Origin: an uncultured Sphingobacteriaceae bacterium
GTDB lineage: Bacteria; Bacteroidota; Bacteroidia; Sphingobacteriales; Sphingobacteriaceae
NCBI GenBank assembly: GCA_964401685.1
Contig: CAYNZH010000008.1
Coordinates: forward strand, 2,217-66,216
Length of the DNA: 64,000 bases
Direction of reading: 5' to 3'
In this document: positions 43,595 through 51,720 of the stretch, piece by piece
How positions within the stretch are numbered: position 1 is the first letter of the stretch
Layout: the number at the start of each line of letters is the position of its first letter
Program-made: the position numbers and the translations under genes
Notes under the pieces: model-generated
Told to the model about the DNA's origin: nothing
The model's input: only the letters and a program-made list of their open reading frames with translations
The model's database searches: none

Positions 43595-45525
43595 CTTTCC
43601 GGTAAGTCGTTCTGCTGCCCCAGTATGGTGAATTCTGTGCGGCGATTCTGGCGCCTTCCTTCTTCGGTGGCGTTATCGGCAATGGGTCTATCCGGACCAT
43701 AGCCCTTATACGAAACGCGATCTGGATGGACACCGTTTGACAAAAGAAATTGCCTGACTGCCTTTGCCCTTGCCTCGGATAGCTTCATATTGTGGCTGGA
43801 ACTACCGGTAGAATCTGTATGCCCGCTGATCTCTATTTTCAAATCCGGATTGTCCTTCAGGAAATTTATCAGGGTAAATAATTCTGATTTTGACTCATCC
43901 AGCAGCGTGGATTGGTCGACGTCAAAGAAGATGTTGTTTAGTACTTCGGTGTTCCCCATACGTATTGCCCGCAAATAAACGTTAAGCGGATAAGCGTCCT
44001 TTTGATGTTTCTCCGCCTGGGTCAGACTGTAATTTTCTGAGTAAAACAGATAACCCGGATGTGCGACATGCAGTGCATAGTTTTGGCCCTGCGTCAGCGG
44101 TGCCAAAAAAGTCCCATCACCACTGTCGGAGTATCCGTGGAAGCGAGTCCGGCCATCGCCCAGGTCCACAATTATTACCTCCGCTTCGAGCGGACGTTTT
44201 GTGTCTGCATCCAGTACAATTCCTGCGATGTATGACACAGGCGAAGGGCGCAACTCAGGAGGCAGTCCAAACGCAAATATATCCAAATCTCCTTGGCTTT
44301 CAGCGGTCCGACTCGAGAAATATGTGGATTCGCCCGACATGCTTACACTCACGGCATTCTGTTCAAGGTGGTTGTTGAAGGATGAGCCAAGATTAAGGGG
44401 TCGGCCCCATGCACCTGAACTATCCATTTGACTTGTAAAGAGGTCTTTCGATCCAAAGCCCGGCCATCCATCAGAGGAAAAATACAGGGTTCGATTGTCG
44501 GCGTGGATGAAAGGCGAACTCTCGTCAAAGGGCGTATTGATTTCCGGGCCGAGATTGACTGCGTTTCCCCATTTTCCATTGGGCTGAAGTGATGACTTCC
44601 ATATATCGTAGCCGCCAATTCCACCGGGGCGGTTGCTTACAAAATACAAGGTCCGACCGTCTGCACTGAGGGCAGGTTGAGCTTCCCATCCACTTGTGTT
44701 TATAGGAGGGCCGAGATTTACCGGCAGCCCCCAGCGGTCCCCTTCACGTTTAGAAACATAAATGTCACAGCTGCCCAATCCCCGGGGACGATTGCATCCC
44801 GTAAAATACAGGTATTTCCCATCAGGTGAAATGCAGTGCGCACCCTCATTGTATTCCGAAGAATTGATATTGCCGACCAGGGGTTGGGCGGGTCGCCAGT
44901 TTCCTTCATCATCAAGGCTTGTTTCGAAGAAACTCTCTAGCTGATCAATTTTACGGGTAAAAATCATGGTCTGTTGATCGGCTGTTAGCTGAGGAAAATA
45001 TTCATCGGATGAGCTGTTGACAGTCTCCGGCAATCGAACCGGCGCTCCGTTAATGTCTGGATTTACTTTGTAGTTTAGGCTAAAATGGCAATCGGCAATA
45101 TAGTTTTCTGTCCATTTATTTCTAGCAGATATATCTGGAAAACGCGCTTTGTAGATCTCCAAGTGCTCAAGCGCCTCTCGGTACTGGCCTAATCTTAAAT
45201 AGGATTCACCCAGGCCGAACCAGGTGTTTGGCGTCAGATCTGGTTTTAATTCGGCCACTTTTTGATAGTGTTCGATCGCATTTGAAAACTGTTTCTGATG
45301 GCGATAAATGTCACCTAAAACCTGATGGGCTTCCGCAAAATTTGCATCCAACGCCAGCGCTTGGTTTAGATACGTGATAGCCTCCACGGTGTTACGATTT
45401 TCAATTGCTGTACCGGCTCTTTGATAGGCGGCGACAGCTCTTTTTGATGGGGAAAGGTCCTGTCCGCTTACCTCCGCGCAAAAGGAGATAAATACAACCA
45501 AGACTATGCAACCCCATTTCAGCAT
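43591..45525 (-). CDS. OmpA-family protein with N-terminal TPR repeats and TolB-like (PD40) beta-propeller repeats
   Basis: 644 aa with signal peptide and TPR region. Repeats SPDGKYLYFTG, SADGRTLYFVSNR and ADNRTLYFSSD. C-terminal ISGHTDSTGS...NMKLSEARAKAV...NRRTEF OmpA domain. Confidence 0.8.
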   Translation of the reverse strand: MLKWGCIVLVVFISFCAEVSGQDLSPSKRAVAAYQRAGTAIENRNTVEAITYLNQALALDANFAEAHQVLGDIYRHQKQFSNAIEHYQKVAELKPDLTPNTWFGLGESYLRLGQYREALEHLEIYKARFPDISARNKWTENYIADCHFSLNYKVNPDINGAPVRLPETVNSSSDEYFPQLTADQQTMIFTRKIDQLESFFETSLDDEGNWRPAQPLVGNINSSEYNEGAHCISPDGKYLYFTGCNRPRGLGSCDIYVSKREGDRWGLPVNLGPPINTSGWEAQPALSADGRTLYFVSNRPGGIGGYDIWKSSLQPNGKWGNAVNLGPEINTPFDESSPFIHADNRTLYFSSDGWPGFGSKDLFTSQMDSSGAWGRPLNLGSSFNNHLEQNAVSVSMSGESTYFSSRTAESQGDLDIFAFGLPPELRPSPVSYIAGIVLDADTKRPLEAEVIIVDLGDGRTRFHGYSDSGDGTFLAPLTQGQNYALHVAHPGYLFYSENYSLTQAEKHQKDAYPLNVYLRAIRMGNTEVLNNIFFDVDQSTLLDESKSELFTLINFLKDNPDLKIEISGHTDSTGSSSHNMKLSEARAKAVRQFLLSNGVHPDRVSYKGYGPDRPIADNATEEGRRQNRRTEFTILGQQNDLPES

Positions 45526-45526
45526 A

Positions 45527-46150
45527 TTAGGGAATATTAAGGTACTTATGCGTTTGCAAGGAAATCCGCCAACGTGGATTCTCCTTGACGTACGCGACGA
45601 TCAACGGCATGATTTCCTCAGCTTTTGACCATTCCGGCTGCAGAAAAAGACGACAGTGTTCATCAACTTTTTCAGCATATTCTTCTGCCCAGGCAAAGTC
45701 ACTTTTATTGAATACAATGATTTTTAATTCGTCTGCATGCCGCAGAACAGCAGGTTCTGGTGCCTTGAATTTTTTCGGAGAAACACAGATCCAATCCCAT
45801 TGGCCGGTCAGAGGGTGGGAGGCCGAGGTCTCTATAAGTGTTTGAAAACCCTCGAGCTGCAACCGTTCCGTGAGTCTATCGAGATTGTGCATTAAAGGTT
45901 CACCGCCGGTGACTACCACCATCCGCGCTGGAAAACTTTTGGCTCTCTCGACCAACGCATCAATTTCAATCTGTGGATGTACCGAGGCATCCCAGCTTTC
46001 TTTTACGTCACACCAATGGCATCCCACATCACAGCCCCCAAGCCTGATGAAATAGGCTGCCTTTCCTGTGTTAAAACCCTCTCCTTGAATAGTGTAAAAT
46101 TCTTCCATCACCGGAAGGGTTGTCGCTACCGCCTGCTGTACTATCGCCAT
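45527..46150 (-). CDS. queE: 7-carboxy-7-deazaguanine synthase (radical SAM)
   Basis: EEFYTIQGEGFNTGKAAYFIRLGGCDVGCHWCD (CxxxCxxC), VVVTGGEP. Start ATG 46150 lies 4 nt after a TATTTTTG box; an alternative ATG is at 46108. Confidence 0.85.
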   Translation of the reverse strand: MAIVQQAVATTLPVMEEFYTIQGEGFNTGKAAYFIRLGGCDVGCHWCDVKESWDASVHPQIEIDALVERAKSFPARMVVVTGGEPLMHNLDRLTERLQLEGFQTLIETSASHPLTGQWDWICVSPKKFKAPEPAVLRHADELKIIVFNKSDFAWAEEYAEKVDEHCRLFLQPEWSKAEEIMPLIVAYVKENPRWRISLQTHKYLNIP

Positions 46151-46154
46151 ATTG

Positions 46155-46162
46155 CAAAAATA
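46155..46162 (-). promoter_or_regulatory. sigmaA -7 box TATTTTTG for queE
   Basis: TAnnTTTG match, 4 nt upstream of ATG 46150 (leaderless candidate). Confidence 0.5.
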
Positions 46163-46233
46163 CGAATAATTTTTACAGCACCGCAACAACTTCCACTCTA
46201 ATTAAATTATTTTCTTATCAAGAATATTTTTGC

Positions 46234-46241
46234 TATATTTG
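46234..46241 (+). promoter_or_regulatory. sigmaA -7 box TATATTTG for comEC-recQ
   Basis: TAnnTTTG match, 28 nt upstream of ATG 46270. Confidence 0.6.
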
Positions 46242-46269
46242 CGCAAAGAAAGTGAGGGGGATAGGAGGG

Positions 46270-48423
46270 ATGGTTAAAAAGGGGCAGATTCCATACGTAC
46301 GGATTGCACTTCCTTACGTGGTAGGGATTATTCTTGGTAACAGTTTACCGGTGGTCCCGGGTGTTTTTAAGTTTGCCAGCACCGCCTTATTGTGCCTCGG
46401 TTTGCTGCTGGCAATAAGTGTATTTTATAGGGTAAATTCCCTGTCGGGACGGTGTTTTACTTCTTTTTTTTCGTTATTTCTTTTTGTCTTGGGCTATGTA
46501 GGAATTCAAGCAGAAGATCCCCGAGTTAAGGAATTGCATTTTTCCAATCACTCAGATGCATTTCTCATAGGAACTATTGTTGACGAACCACATTATACAG
46601 AAAAACGCGTTCGATTCCTGCTCAGGGTTTCAGCAGGCGTGGGAAATGCATTCCATACAGATTCCTCGCGGAAAAGAGCGGGTGAATTACAGGTTTCGGT
46701 GCAGAATCCTAATGTATCCTCGACAGACCTACAGATGCCCGATTTGCGCTACGGAGACCGCCTGCTTATCCCGGCTAATTTTAGGGTGGTGCCACCACCG
46801 CTAAATCCAGGAGAACTGGACTATGCGGCCCACTTGGCCAAGAAGAACTGTTGGCATCAGTCTTACTTGCAGCAGGATGACATACACGTGCTTAGCAAAG
46901 ACCGAGGTAATCCTTTGCTTGCACATGCGTTGAATCTCCGGGAGAATTTAGTGGCAAAATTCAATGCAAGCATGAAGTCGGCCGAAGCAATATCCATCGC
47001 CTCGACCCTGATCTTAGGCTACCGTGCAGAATTAAGTCAAGAACTTTTTCAAATTTACTCGGGCACAGGTACTATCCACGTATTGAGCGTATCAGGAATG
47101 CACGTCGTGATCGTGTTCTGGTTACTTTCTTACTTGTTTTCGTGGATGGACCGTTCTCGTCTATTGAAAATAGCGAAATTTTTCTTGCTTCTCATTAGTA
47201 TTTGGGCGTACGCCATGGTGACCGGGTTCTCGCCATCGGTTCTGAGAGCGGCCATTATGCTTTCTTTCGTTATTCTGGCCCGAGAAGTGGGTAAACAGGC
47301 TCAGATTTATAACAGCATTGCGTCCTCGGCCTTTTTACTATTGCTGTTTGAGCCGAAATTTCTACTGGAAATTGGCTTCCAATTGTCCTACCTCGCAGTG
47401 CTTTTTATTGTTTACCTTCAGGCGGGCCTCAAGCAGCTGATCAAAACTTCAAACAAATGGCTCAGACCGGTGGTGGACTACTCGCTGATGTCGATTGCCG
47501 CGCAGGCAGGTGCTTTTCCCCTCGCAACTTACTATTTCAACCAGTTCCCTATTTATTTTCTTTTGGCCAATCTGATCATTGTTCTTCCCGCAACTGCGAT
47601 TATGTATCTGGGCTTTGCTTTATTGTTTTGTCCCGCGGGAAGGCTTGCGCAGATCATAGGGTGGGGATTGGAAGAATTGATTTTATTGATGAATTTTTCC
47701 CTAAGAGCAGTGATGAATCTACCCTATGCGAGCCTTACCGGTCTCAATTATTCCTGGGGATTTTGTATTGCGCTCTATTGCTGTATGATAAGCTTGAGCC
47801 TCAGCTATTATTTAAAGTCACGCATTTATTTCCGCCTGACGCTTATTATCATCGGGTTTGTAGTGGTTAGTCGTAATTTTGAGAAATGGGCGAGCAATCA
47901 GCGCACAGAGATCGTCATTCATAACGTTAGGGATAAGATGGCTGTATCCATTAAAGATAAAAAACAGGTCGTGCTTTTTAGGGATTTTGGAGAAGAATCC
48001 CAGTCCACTTTTCAATATTCAGTTTACCCTTATCTGAAAGCTCAAACAGATGAAAAAGAAGTCGCATTTGTGGAGGAGCAAGGGGATTATTTTGCGAAAA
48101 ATGTGTATATTTCCGAAGGAATACTACAGATCGGGAATGCACGATTGGTTGTTTTGGATGGAAATCGGGAGCACTATCATGCGATCCTGCCCTGCGATTT
48201 GCTGTTGATTAGGAACAATCCATCCGTATCCGCTACGGAAATAGTTCAGAGGCATCCCCAGGCAAGGGTAATCGTACTTGACGGCTCGAATTCCTGGCGT
48301 ACGGTCAACAGACTTGCATCAACATTGGATTCTCTGGAAGTGGAGACGTATATTTTAAAGGATAATTATGCTTATTTTTGGAAATTTAGGCAAAACAAAA
48401 ATTTGTATCGTAAAGGAAGTTAA
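46270..48423 (+). CDS. comEC: ComEC/Rec2 family competence membrane protein
   Basis: DUF4131-like N-terminal region, then the competence-domain motif IYSGTGTIHVLSVSGMHV and multiple TMs. Start ATG 46270 (MVKKGQIPYVRIALPYV) lies 28 nt after a TATATTTG box. I see no HxHxDH motif in the C-terminal region. Confidence 0.8.
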   Translation: MVKKGQIPYVRIALPYVVGIILGNSLPVVPGVFKFASTALLCLGLLLAISVFYRVNSLSGRCFTSFFSLFLFVLGYVGIQAEDPRVKELHFSNHSDAFLIGTIVDEPHYTEKRVRFLLRVSAGVGNAFHTDSSRKRAGELQVSVQNPNVSSTDLQMPDLRYGDRLLIPANFRVVPPPLNPGELDYAAHLAKKNCWHQSYLQQDDIHVLSKDRGNPLLAHALNLRENLVAKFNASMKSAEAISIASTLILGYRAELSQELFQIYSGTGTIHVLSVSGMHVVIVFWLLSYLFSWMDRSRLLKIAKFFLLLISIWAYAMVTGFSPSVLRAAIMLSFVILAREVGKQAQIYNSIASSAFLLLLFEPKFLLEIGFQLSYLAVLFIVYLQAGLKQLIKTSNKWLRPVVDYSLMSIAAQAGAFPLATYYFNQFPIYFLLANLIIVLPATAIMYLGFALLFCPAGRLAQIIGWGLEELILLMNFSLRAVMNLPYASLTGLNYSWGFCIALYCCMISLSLSYYLKSRIYFRLTLIIIGFVVVSRNFEKWASNQRTEIVIHNVRDKMAVSIKDKKQVVLFRDFGEESQSTFQYSVYPYLKAQTDEKEVAFVEEQGDYFAKNVYISEGILQIGNARLVVLDGNREHYHAILPCDLLLIRNNPSVSATEIVQRHPQARVIVLDGSNSWRTVNRLASTLDSLEVETYILKDNYAYFWKFRQNKNLYRKGS

Positions 48424-50303
48424 TGGTCGAAACACTTAAAAAGTACTGGGGTTATTCCTCGTACCGACCACTACAGGAGGAAATTATCCAGTCTGTTTTG
48501 GACGGCAAGGATACGTTGGCACTGATGCCCACGGGTGGAGGCAAGTCTATATGCTTTCAAGTGCCCGCGATGATGCGCGAAGGAATTTGCATTGTGGTGT
48601 CCCCGTTGATTGCGCTGATGAAAGATCAGGTAGAGAATCTTCAGGCACGGGATATCCCAGCTGTCGCGGTGTTTTCTGGTATGGGAAAGCGGGAAGTAGC
48701 CACGGCTTTGGAAAATTGCGTGCACGGGCCGATCAAATTCCTGTACCTTTCTCCAGAGCGATTGACCAGCGAGCATGTTCAGGAAATGATCAGGCATATG
48801 AACGTCAATTTGTTCGCCATAGACGAAGCGCATTGCATCTCACAATGGGGTTATGATTTCCGGCCGCCTTACCTAAACCTAAAAATGCTTAGGGAGTTGC
48901 ATCCCGAGGTGCCATTTCTTGCGTTGACCGCAACCGCTACCGCACAGGTCGTCGACGATATACAGGAAAAACTCGGATTTCTGAAGCCAAGGGTGCTGAA
49001 AATGAGTTTCTACCGTGAAAATCTAGCGTACATGGTGCTAAACGAAGAAGATAAGCATGGAAGAATGGTGCGGATCATTCGAAAACTGGGGGGAAGTGGA
49101 ATCGTCTATGTACGCAATCGCCGGAAAACTCAGGATACAGTGATGAATCTCCGACGTGAGGGAATCTCGTCAGACTTTTACCATGCGGGCCTGACTTCGG
49201 ATGAACGCAACCAGCGGCAGGAAGCCTGGAAAAAAAATCAGACCAAAGTTATAGTCGCAACCAACGCCTTTGGAATGGGTATCGACAAGCCTGATGTACG
49301 ATTCGTCATTCATCTGGAGCCGCCTGATTCGCTCGAAGCCTATTATCAAGAGGCCGGAAGGGGAGGGCGCGACGGCAAAAAAGCCTATGCCATTTTGCTC
49401 TTTCAGGAAAGCGACCTTATTCAATTGAGAAAAAACCTTGCGATTAGTTTTCCGGATAATGACTATGTAAGCCGGATTTACCATGCTCTGGGTAATTATT
49501 ATCAGCTGGCTTATGGCGCAGGCGAGAATCTGAATTTTGATTTTGACCTGGGGGATTTCTGTAAAAAATTCAAATTTGAGGTTCTGCCCGCTCTCAGCGC
49601 GCTTAAATTGCTCGAAAGAAACGGCTGGATCACTCTCAGTGAGAACGTGTTTTTGCCCTCTCGCCTGAAGTTTGAAGTCGGCCAGTCAGATCTTTACAAG
49701 TTCCAAGTGGAAAACCAAAGTTACGACCCTTTTATCAAACTCGTTCTGCGATCCTACGGTGGGATTTTTGACCACTTTGTTGCAGTCCGAGAGAACGATC
49801 TCGCGCAGGCAACAGGCCAAGCCAGGTCAAAAGTCATCCAGGCGCTGGAATATTTGCATCAACAGGAAATCCTGACCTACATCCCTCAAACGGATAGCCC
49901 GCAATTGCAGTTTTGCCGCCCCAGAGTAGACAGATCCCGTTTGCATCTAGATTGGCCGGGAATCCGTGTGCTCAGGGAGACCCGAGAAGAGCAGCTTCAG
50001 TCGGTTTTCACCTACCTTGAACAACAAAAATGTCGGAGCCAACTTCTCTTAAGTTACTTTTCTGAAAATTCCTCCCTTCCCTGTGGGAGCTGCGATATCT
50101 GTTTGAAAACTAAAAATTCACGGAAAAGCGCAGAAAAAATTCGCGAGGAAATCATAGTGGCGCTCTCCGAAAGTCCCCTTTGCATTAAGGAATTGGTAGA
50201 CCGCGTACCTTCAGCTGATGAGAAATATACGCTCACCATCGTACGCGAGCTGTTAGAGGAGGGGATTCTCACTGTAAAAAATGATCTTTACCTCCTTCGC
50301 TGA
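48423..50303 (+). CDS. recQ: ATP-dependent DNA helicase RecQ
   Basis: FGYSSYRPLQEEII, MPTGGGKS, FAIDEAHCISQWGYDFRP (DEAH), VATNAFGMGIDKPDVRFV, YYQEAGRGGRDG, zinc motif CGSCDIC. ATG overlaps the comEC stop (TAATG). Confidence 0.95.
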   Translation: MVETLKKYWGYSSYRPLQEEIIQSVLDGKDTLALMPTGGGKSICFQVPAMMREGICIVVSPLIALMKDQVENLQARDIPAVAVFSGMGKREVATALENCVHGPIKFLYLSPERLTSEHVQEMIRHMNVNLFAIDEAHCISQWGYDFRPPYLNLKMLRELHPEVPFLALTATATAQVVDDIQEKLGFLKPRVLKMSFYRENLAYMVLNEEDKHGRMVRIIRKLGGSGIVYVRNRRKTQDTVMNLRREGISSDFYHAGLTSDERNQRQEAWKKNQTKVIVATNAFGMGIDKPDVRFVIHLEPPDSLEAYYQEAGRGGRDGKKAYAILLFQESDLIQLRKNLAISFPDNDYVSRIYHALGNYYQLAYGAGENLNFDFDLGDFCKKFKFEVLPALSALKLLERNGWITLSENVFLPSRLKFEVGQSDLYKFQVENQSYDPFIKLVLRSYGGIFDHFVAVRENDLAQATGQARSKVIQALEYLHQQEILTYIPQTDSPQLQFCRPRVDRSRLHLDWPGIRVLRETREEQLQSVFTYLEQQKCRSQLLLSYFSENSSLPCGSCDICLKTKNSRKSAEKIREEIIVALSESPLCIKELVDRVPSADEKYTLTIVRELLEEGILTVKNDLYLLR

Positions 50304-50320
50304 TGGCCTTGGCGGAAATT

Positions 50321-50353
50321 AAAAAAGCCACTCTATTCGACTAAAGCGGCTTT
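50321..50353 (-). terminator. terminator downstream of tRNA-Arg
   Basis: On the minus strand: AAAGCCGC-N14-GTGGCTTT followed by TTTAATTT. The pairing is better on the minus strand (G-U) than on the plus strand (A-C mismatch). Confidence 0.6.
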
Positions 50354-50358
50354 CTGTG

Positions 50359-50430
50359 TGTTCCCGAAGGGATTCGAACCCCTATCTTCAGAACCGGAAT
50401 CTGAAATTCTATCCATTGAACTACGGGAAC
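50359..50430 (-). tRNA. tRNA-Arg (anticodon CCG)
   Basis: Reverse complement folds as a 72-nt cloverleaf: GTTCCCG-TA-GTTC-AATGGATA-GAAT-T-TCAGA-TTCCGGT-TCTGA-AGAT-AGGGG-TTCGAAT-CCCTT-CGGGAAC-A. T-loop is TTCGAAT. CCA is not encoded. Confidence 0.95.
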
Positions 50431-50455
50431 AGGTCACCATTTTTGATGGTGGACG

Positions 50456-50463
50456 CAAATATA
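50456..50463 (-). promoter_or_regulatory. sigmaA -7 box TATATTTG for tRNA-Arg
   Basis: TAnnTTTG match, 25 nt upstream of the mature tRNA 5' end (50430). Confidence 0.6.
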
Positions 50464-50531
50464 AGAAAATAAATAGCAGGGCTCTAATTTAAATTTTTTT
50501 TATAATTATTTGGGAATTTAAATTTTATTTG

Positions 50532-50539
50532 TATTTTTG
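50532..50539 (+). promoter_or_regulatory. -7 box TATTTTTG upstream of the structured leader / BNR lipoprotein gene
   Basis: TAnnTTTG match, 116 nt upstream of ATG 50656. Confidence 0.45.
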
Positions 50540-50560
50540 TTTTATTAGGTTTAGGTTGAT

Positions 50561-50578
50561 TGTCTCTATCCAGAGACA
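50561..50578 (+). promoter_or_regulatory. leader hairpin 1
   Basis: TGTCTCT-ATCC-AGAGACA, a perfect 7-bp stem. Confidence 0.35.
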
Positions 50579-50580
50579 CT

Positions 50581-50617
50581 GCAAGCCCGGAAGGTCGCCC
50601 GATTTGTCCGGGCTTGT
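50581..50617 (+). promoter_or_regulatory. leader hairpin 2 (GC-rich; attenuator or terminator-like)
   Basis: CAAGCCCGG (50582-50590) pairs with CCGGGCTTG (50608-50616). The stem extends to 11 bp with one flanking G-U and one inner A-U pair, and is followed by CTTTGG. Confidence 0.35.
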
Positions 50618-50655
50618 CTTTGGCAAGGGTGCAGAAACGCTTAGATAACCCAATT

Positions 50656-51717
50656 ATGAACAAGTTTCACGTTTTTATCGTATTAATCCTCTCTGTGGCC
50701 GGTTGTTCACATCCGAACTTGCAGGCGCTCGAGCCACCTGCTTTGGAAATTATTGAAAGCGGGAGAGAGACGAGTATTCGGGGTCTATCTGTTGTAGATG
50801 ATTCGGTAGCCTGGGTCAGTGGCAGCAATGGGTGGGTGGGGAGATCAGTTGACCGTGGTGAAAATTGGGATTGGCAGCAAATAAAAGGTTTTGAAACTTT
50901 TGATTTTAGAGACATCGAGGCGTTTTCGTCCACAGAGGCGGTGCTGCTCAGTGCAGGATCTCCTCTAGTGATTTTGCGGACGGAAGATGCAGGTACTACA
51001 TGGACTGAATCCTACCGTGATGATAGAGCGGAGATCTTTTTTGATGGACTGGATTTCGTAGAAAGTGGCAGGGGGATCGCTTATGGAGATCCTATCGATA
51101 GCAATTTCCAGCTTTTGGAAACCAAAGACCGAGGTGTTTCCTGGAAAGACATCAGTCCCGTAGCGCGCTTAGAAGCGACACAGGGAGAGGCAGGCTTTGC
51201 CGCAAGTGGCTCAGGAATACAAATGTTTCCTTCCGGCGAAGTGTATATTGCAACCGGAGGAGCGATTTCCAGAATCTTATTCTCGCCTGACTTTGGGAAA
51301 AATTGGCAGACTTTTGATACGCCAATGATACAGGGGACGTCGTCAAGAGGAATTTTTTCAATCGCTTTTTCCAGTCCATCCGAAGGCATCGCCGTCGGCG
51401 GCGATTATACCATAGATACCCTAAGGGAAAATGCGGTTTGGATCACGCAAGATGGAGGCAGATCCTGGACCAAGCCCACGGTGGGTACAAACGGTTACCG
51501 GTCCGCTGTCACGTATATTACAGGGACAGAAAGTTCAGATAGGCCACTACATTTGCTGGCTTGTGGCACCTCTGGAGTGGACTATTCCCGCGACGGGGGA
51601 GTTCACTGGGAGCCGATCAGCAAAGAAAGCTACCATGTAGTGGAAAGCTCCGGGATCGGCAACTGGACGCTGCTTGCCGGCGCCGACGGACGCATCGCCG
51701 TATTCAGCCAACCCTAA
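50656..51717 (+). CDS. BNR/Asp-box repeat beta-propeller lipoprotein (sialidase-fold/Ycf48-like)
   Basis: Lipobox ILSVAGC|SH at the MNKF start (50656). Six SxDxGxxW-type boxes: DRGENW, DAGTTW, DRGVSW, DFGKNW, DGGRSW, DGGVHW. The track's upstream extension from 50560 is rejected. Confidence 0.65.
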   Translation: MNKFHVFIVLILSVAGCSHPNLQALEPPALEIIESGRETSIRGLSVVDDSVAWVSGSNGWVGRSVDRGENWDWQQIKGFETFDFRDIEAFSSTEAVLLSAGSPLVILRTEDAGTTWTESYRDDRAEIFFDGLDFVESGRGIAYGDPIDSNFQLLETKDRGVSWKDISPVARLEATQGEAGFAASGSGIQMFPSGEVYIATGGAISRILFSPDFGKNWQTFDTPMIQGTSSRGIFSIAFSSPSEGIAVGGDYTIDTLRENAVWITQDGGRSWTKPTVGTNGYRSAVTYITGTESSDRPLHLLACGTSGVDYSRDGGVHWEPISKESYHVVESSGIGNWTLLAGADGRIAVFSQP

Positions 51718-51720
51718 AAA

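Noticed and set aside
46120-46269. N-terminal extensions offered by the longest-ORF track: comEC from 46120, BNR lipoprotein from 50560, ychF from 52926, thiolase from 58546, thioesterase from 33345, tdk from 42872, thioredoxin-like gene from 7573.
   Set aside because: Each extension crosses a promoter box, a divergent intergenic region or the neighbouring gene. Each also precedes a canonical family N-terminus or signal peptide that starts at an internal ATG.
50431-50560. AT-rich spacer next to tRNA-Arg with a 12-bp direct repeat AATTTAAATTTT (50486-50497 and 50515-50526), considered as a scar of an integrated element or an att site.
   Set aside because: There is no integrase, excisionase or other mobile gene on either side; recQ and a BNR lipoprotein flank the region. 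I see no duplication of the tRNA 3' end. The region is adequately explained as two back-to-back promoters (boxes at 50456-63 and 50532-39) with AT-rich upstream elements.
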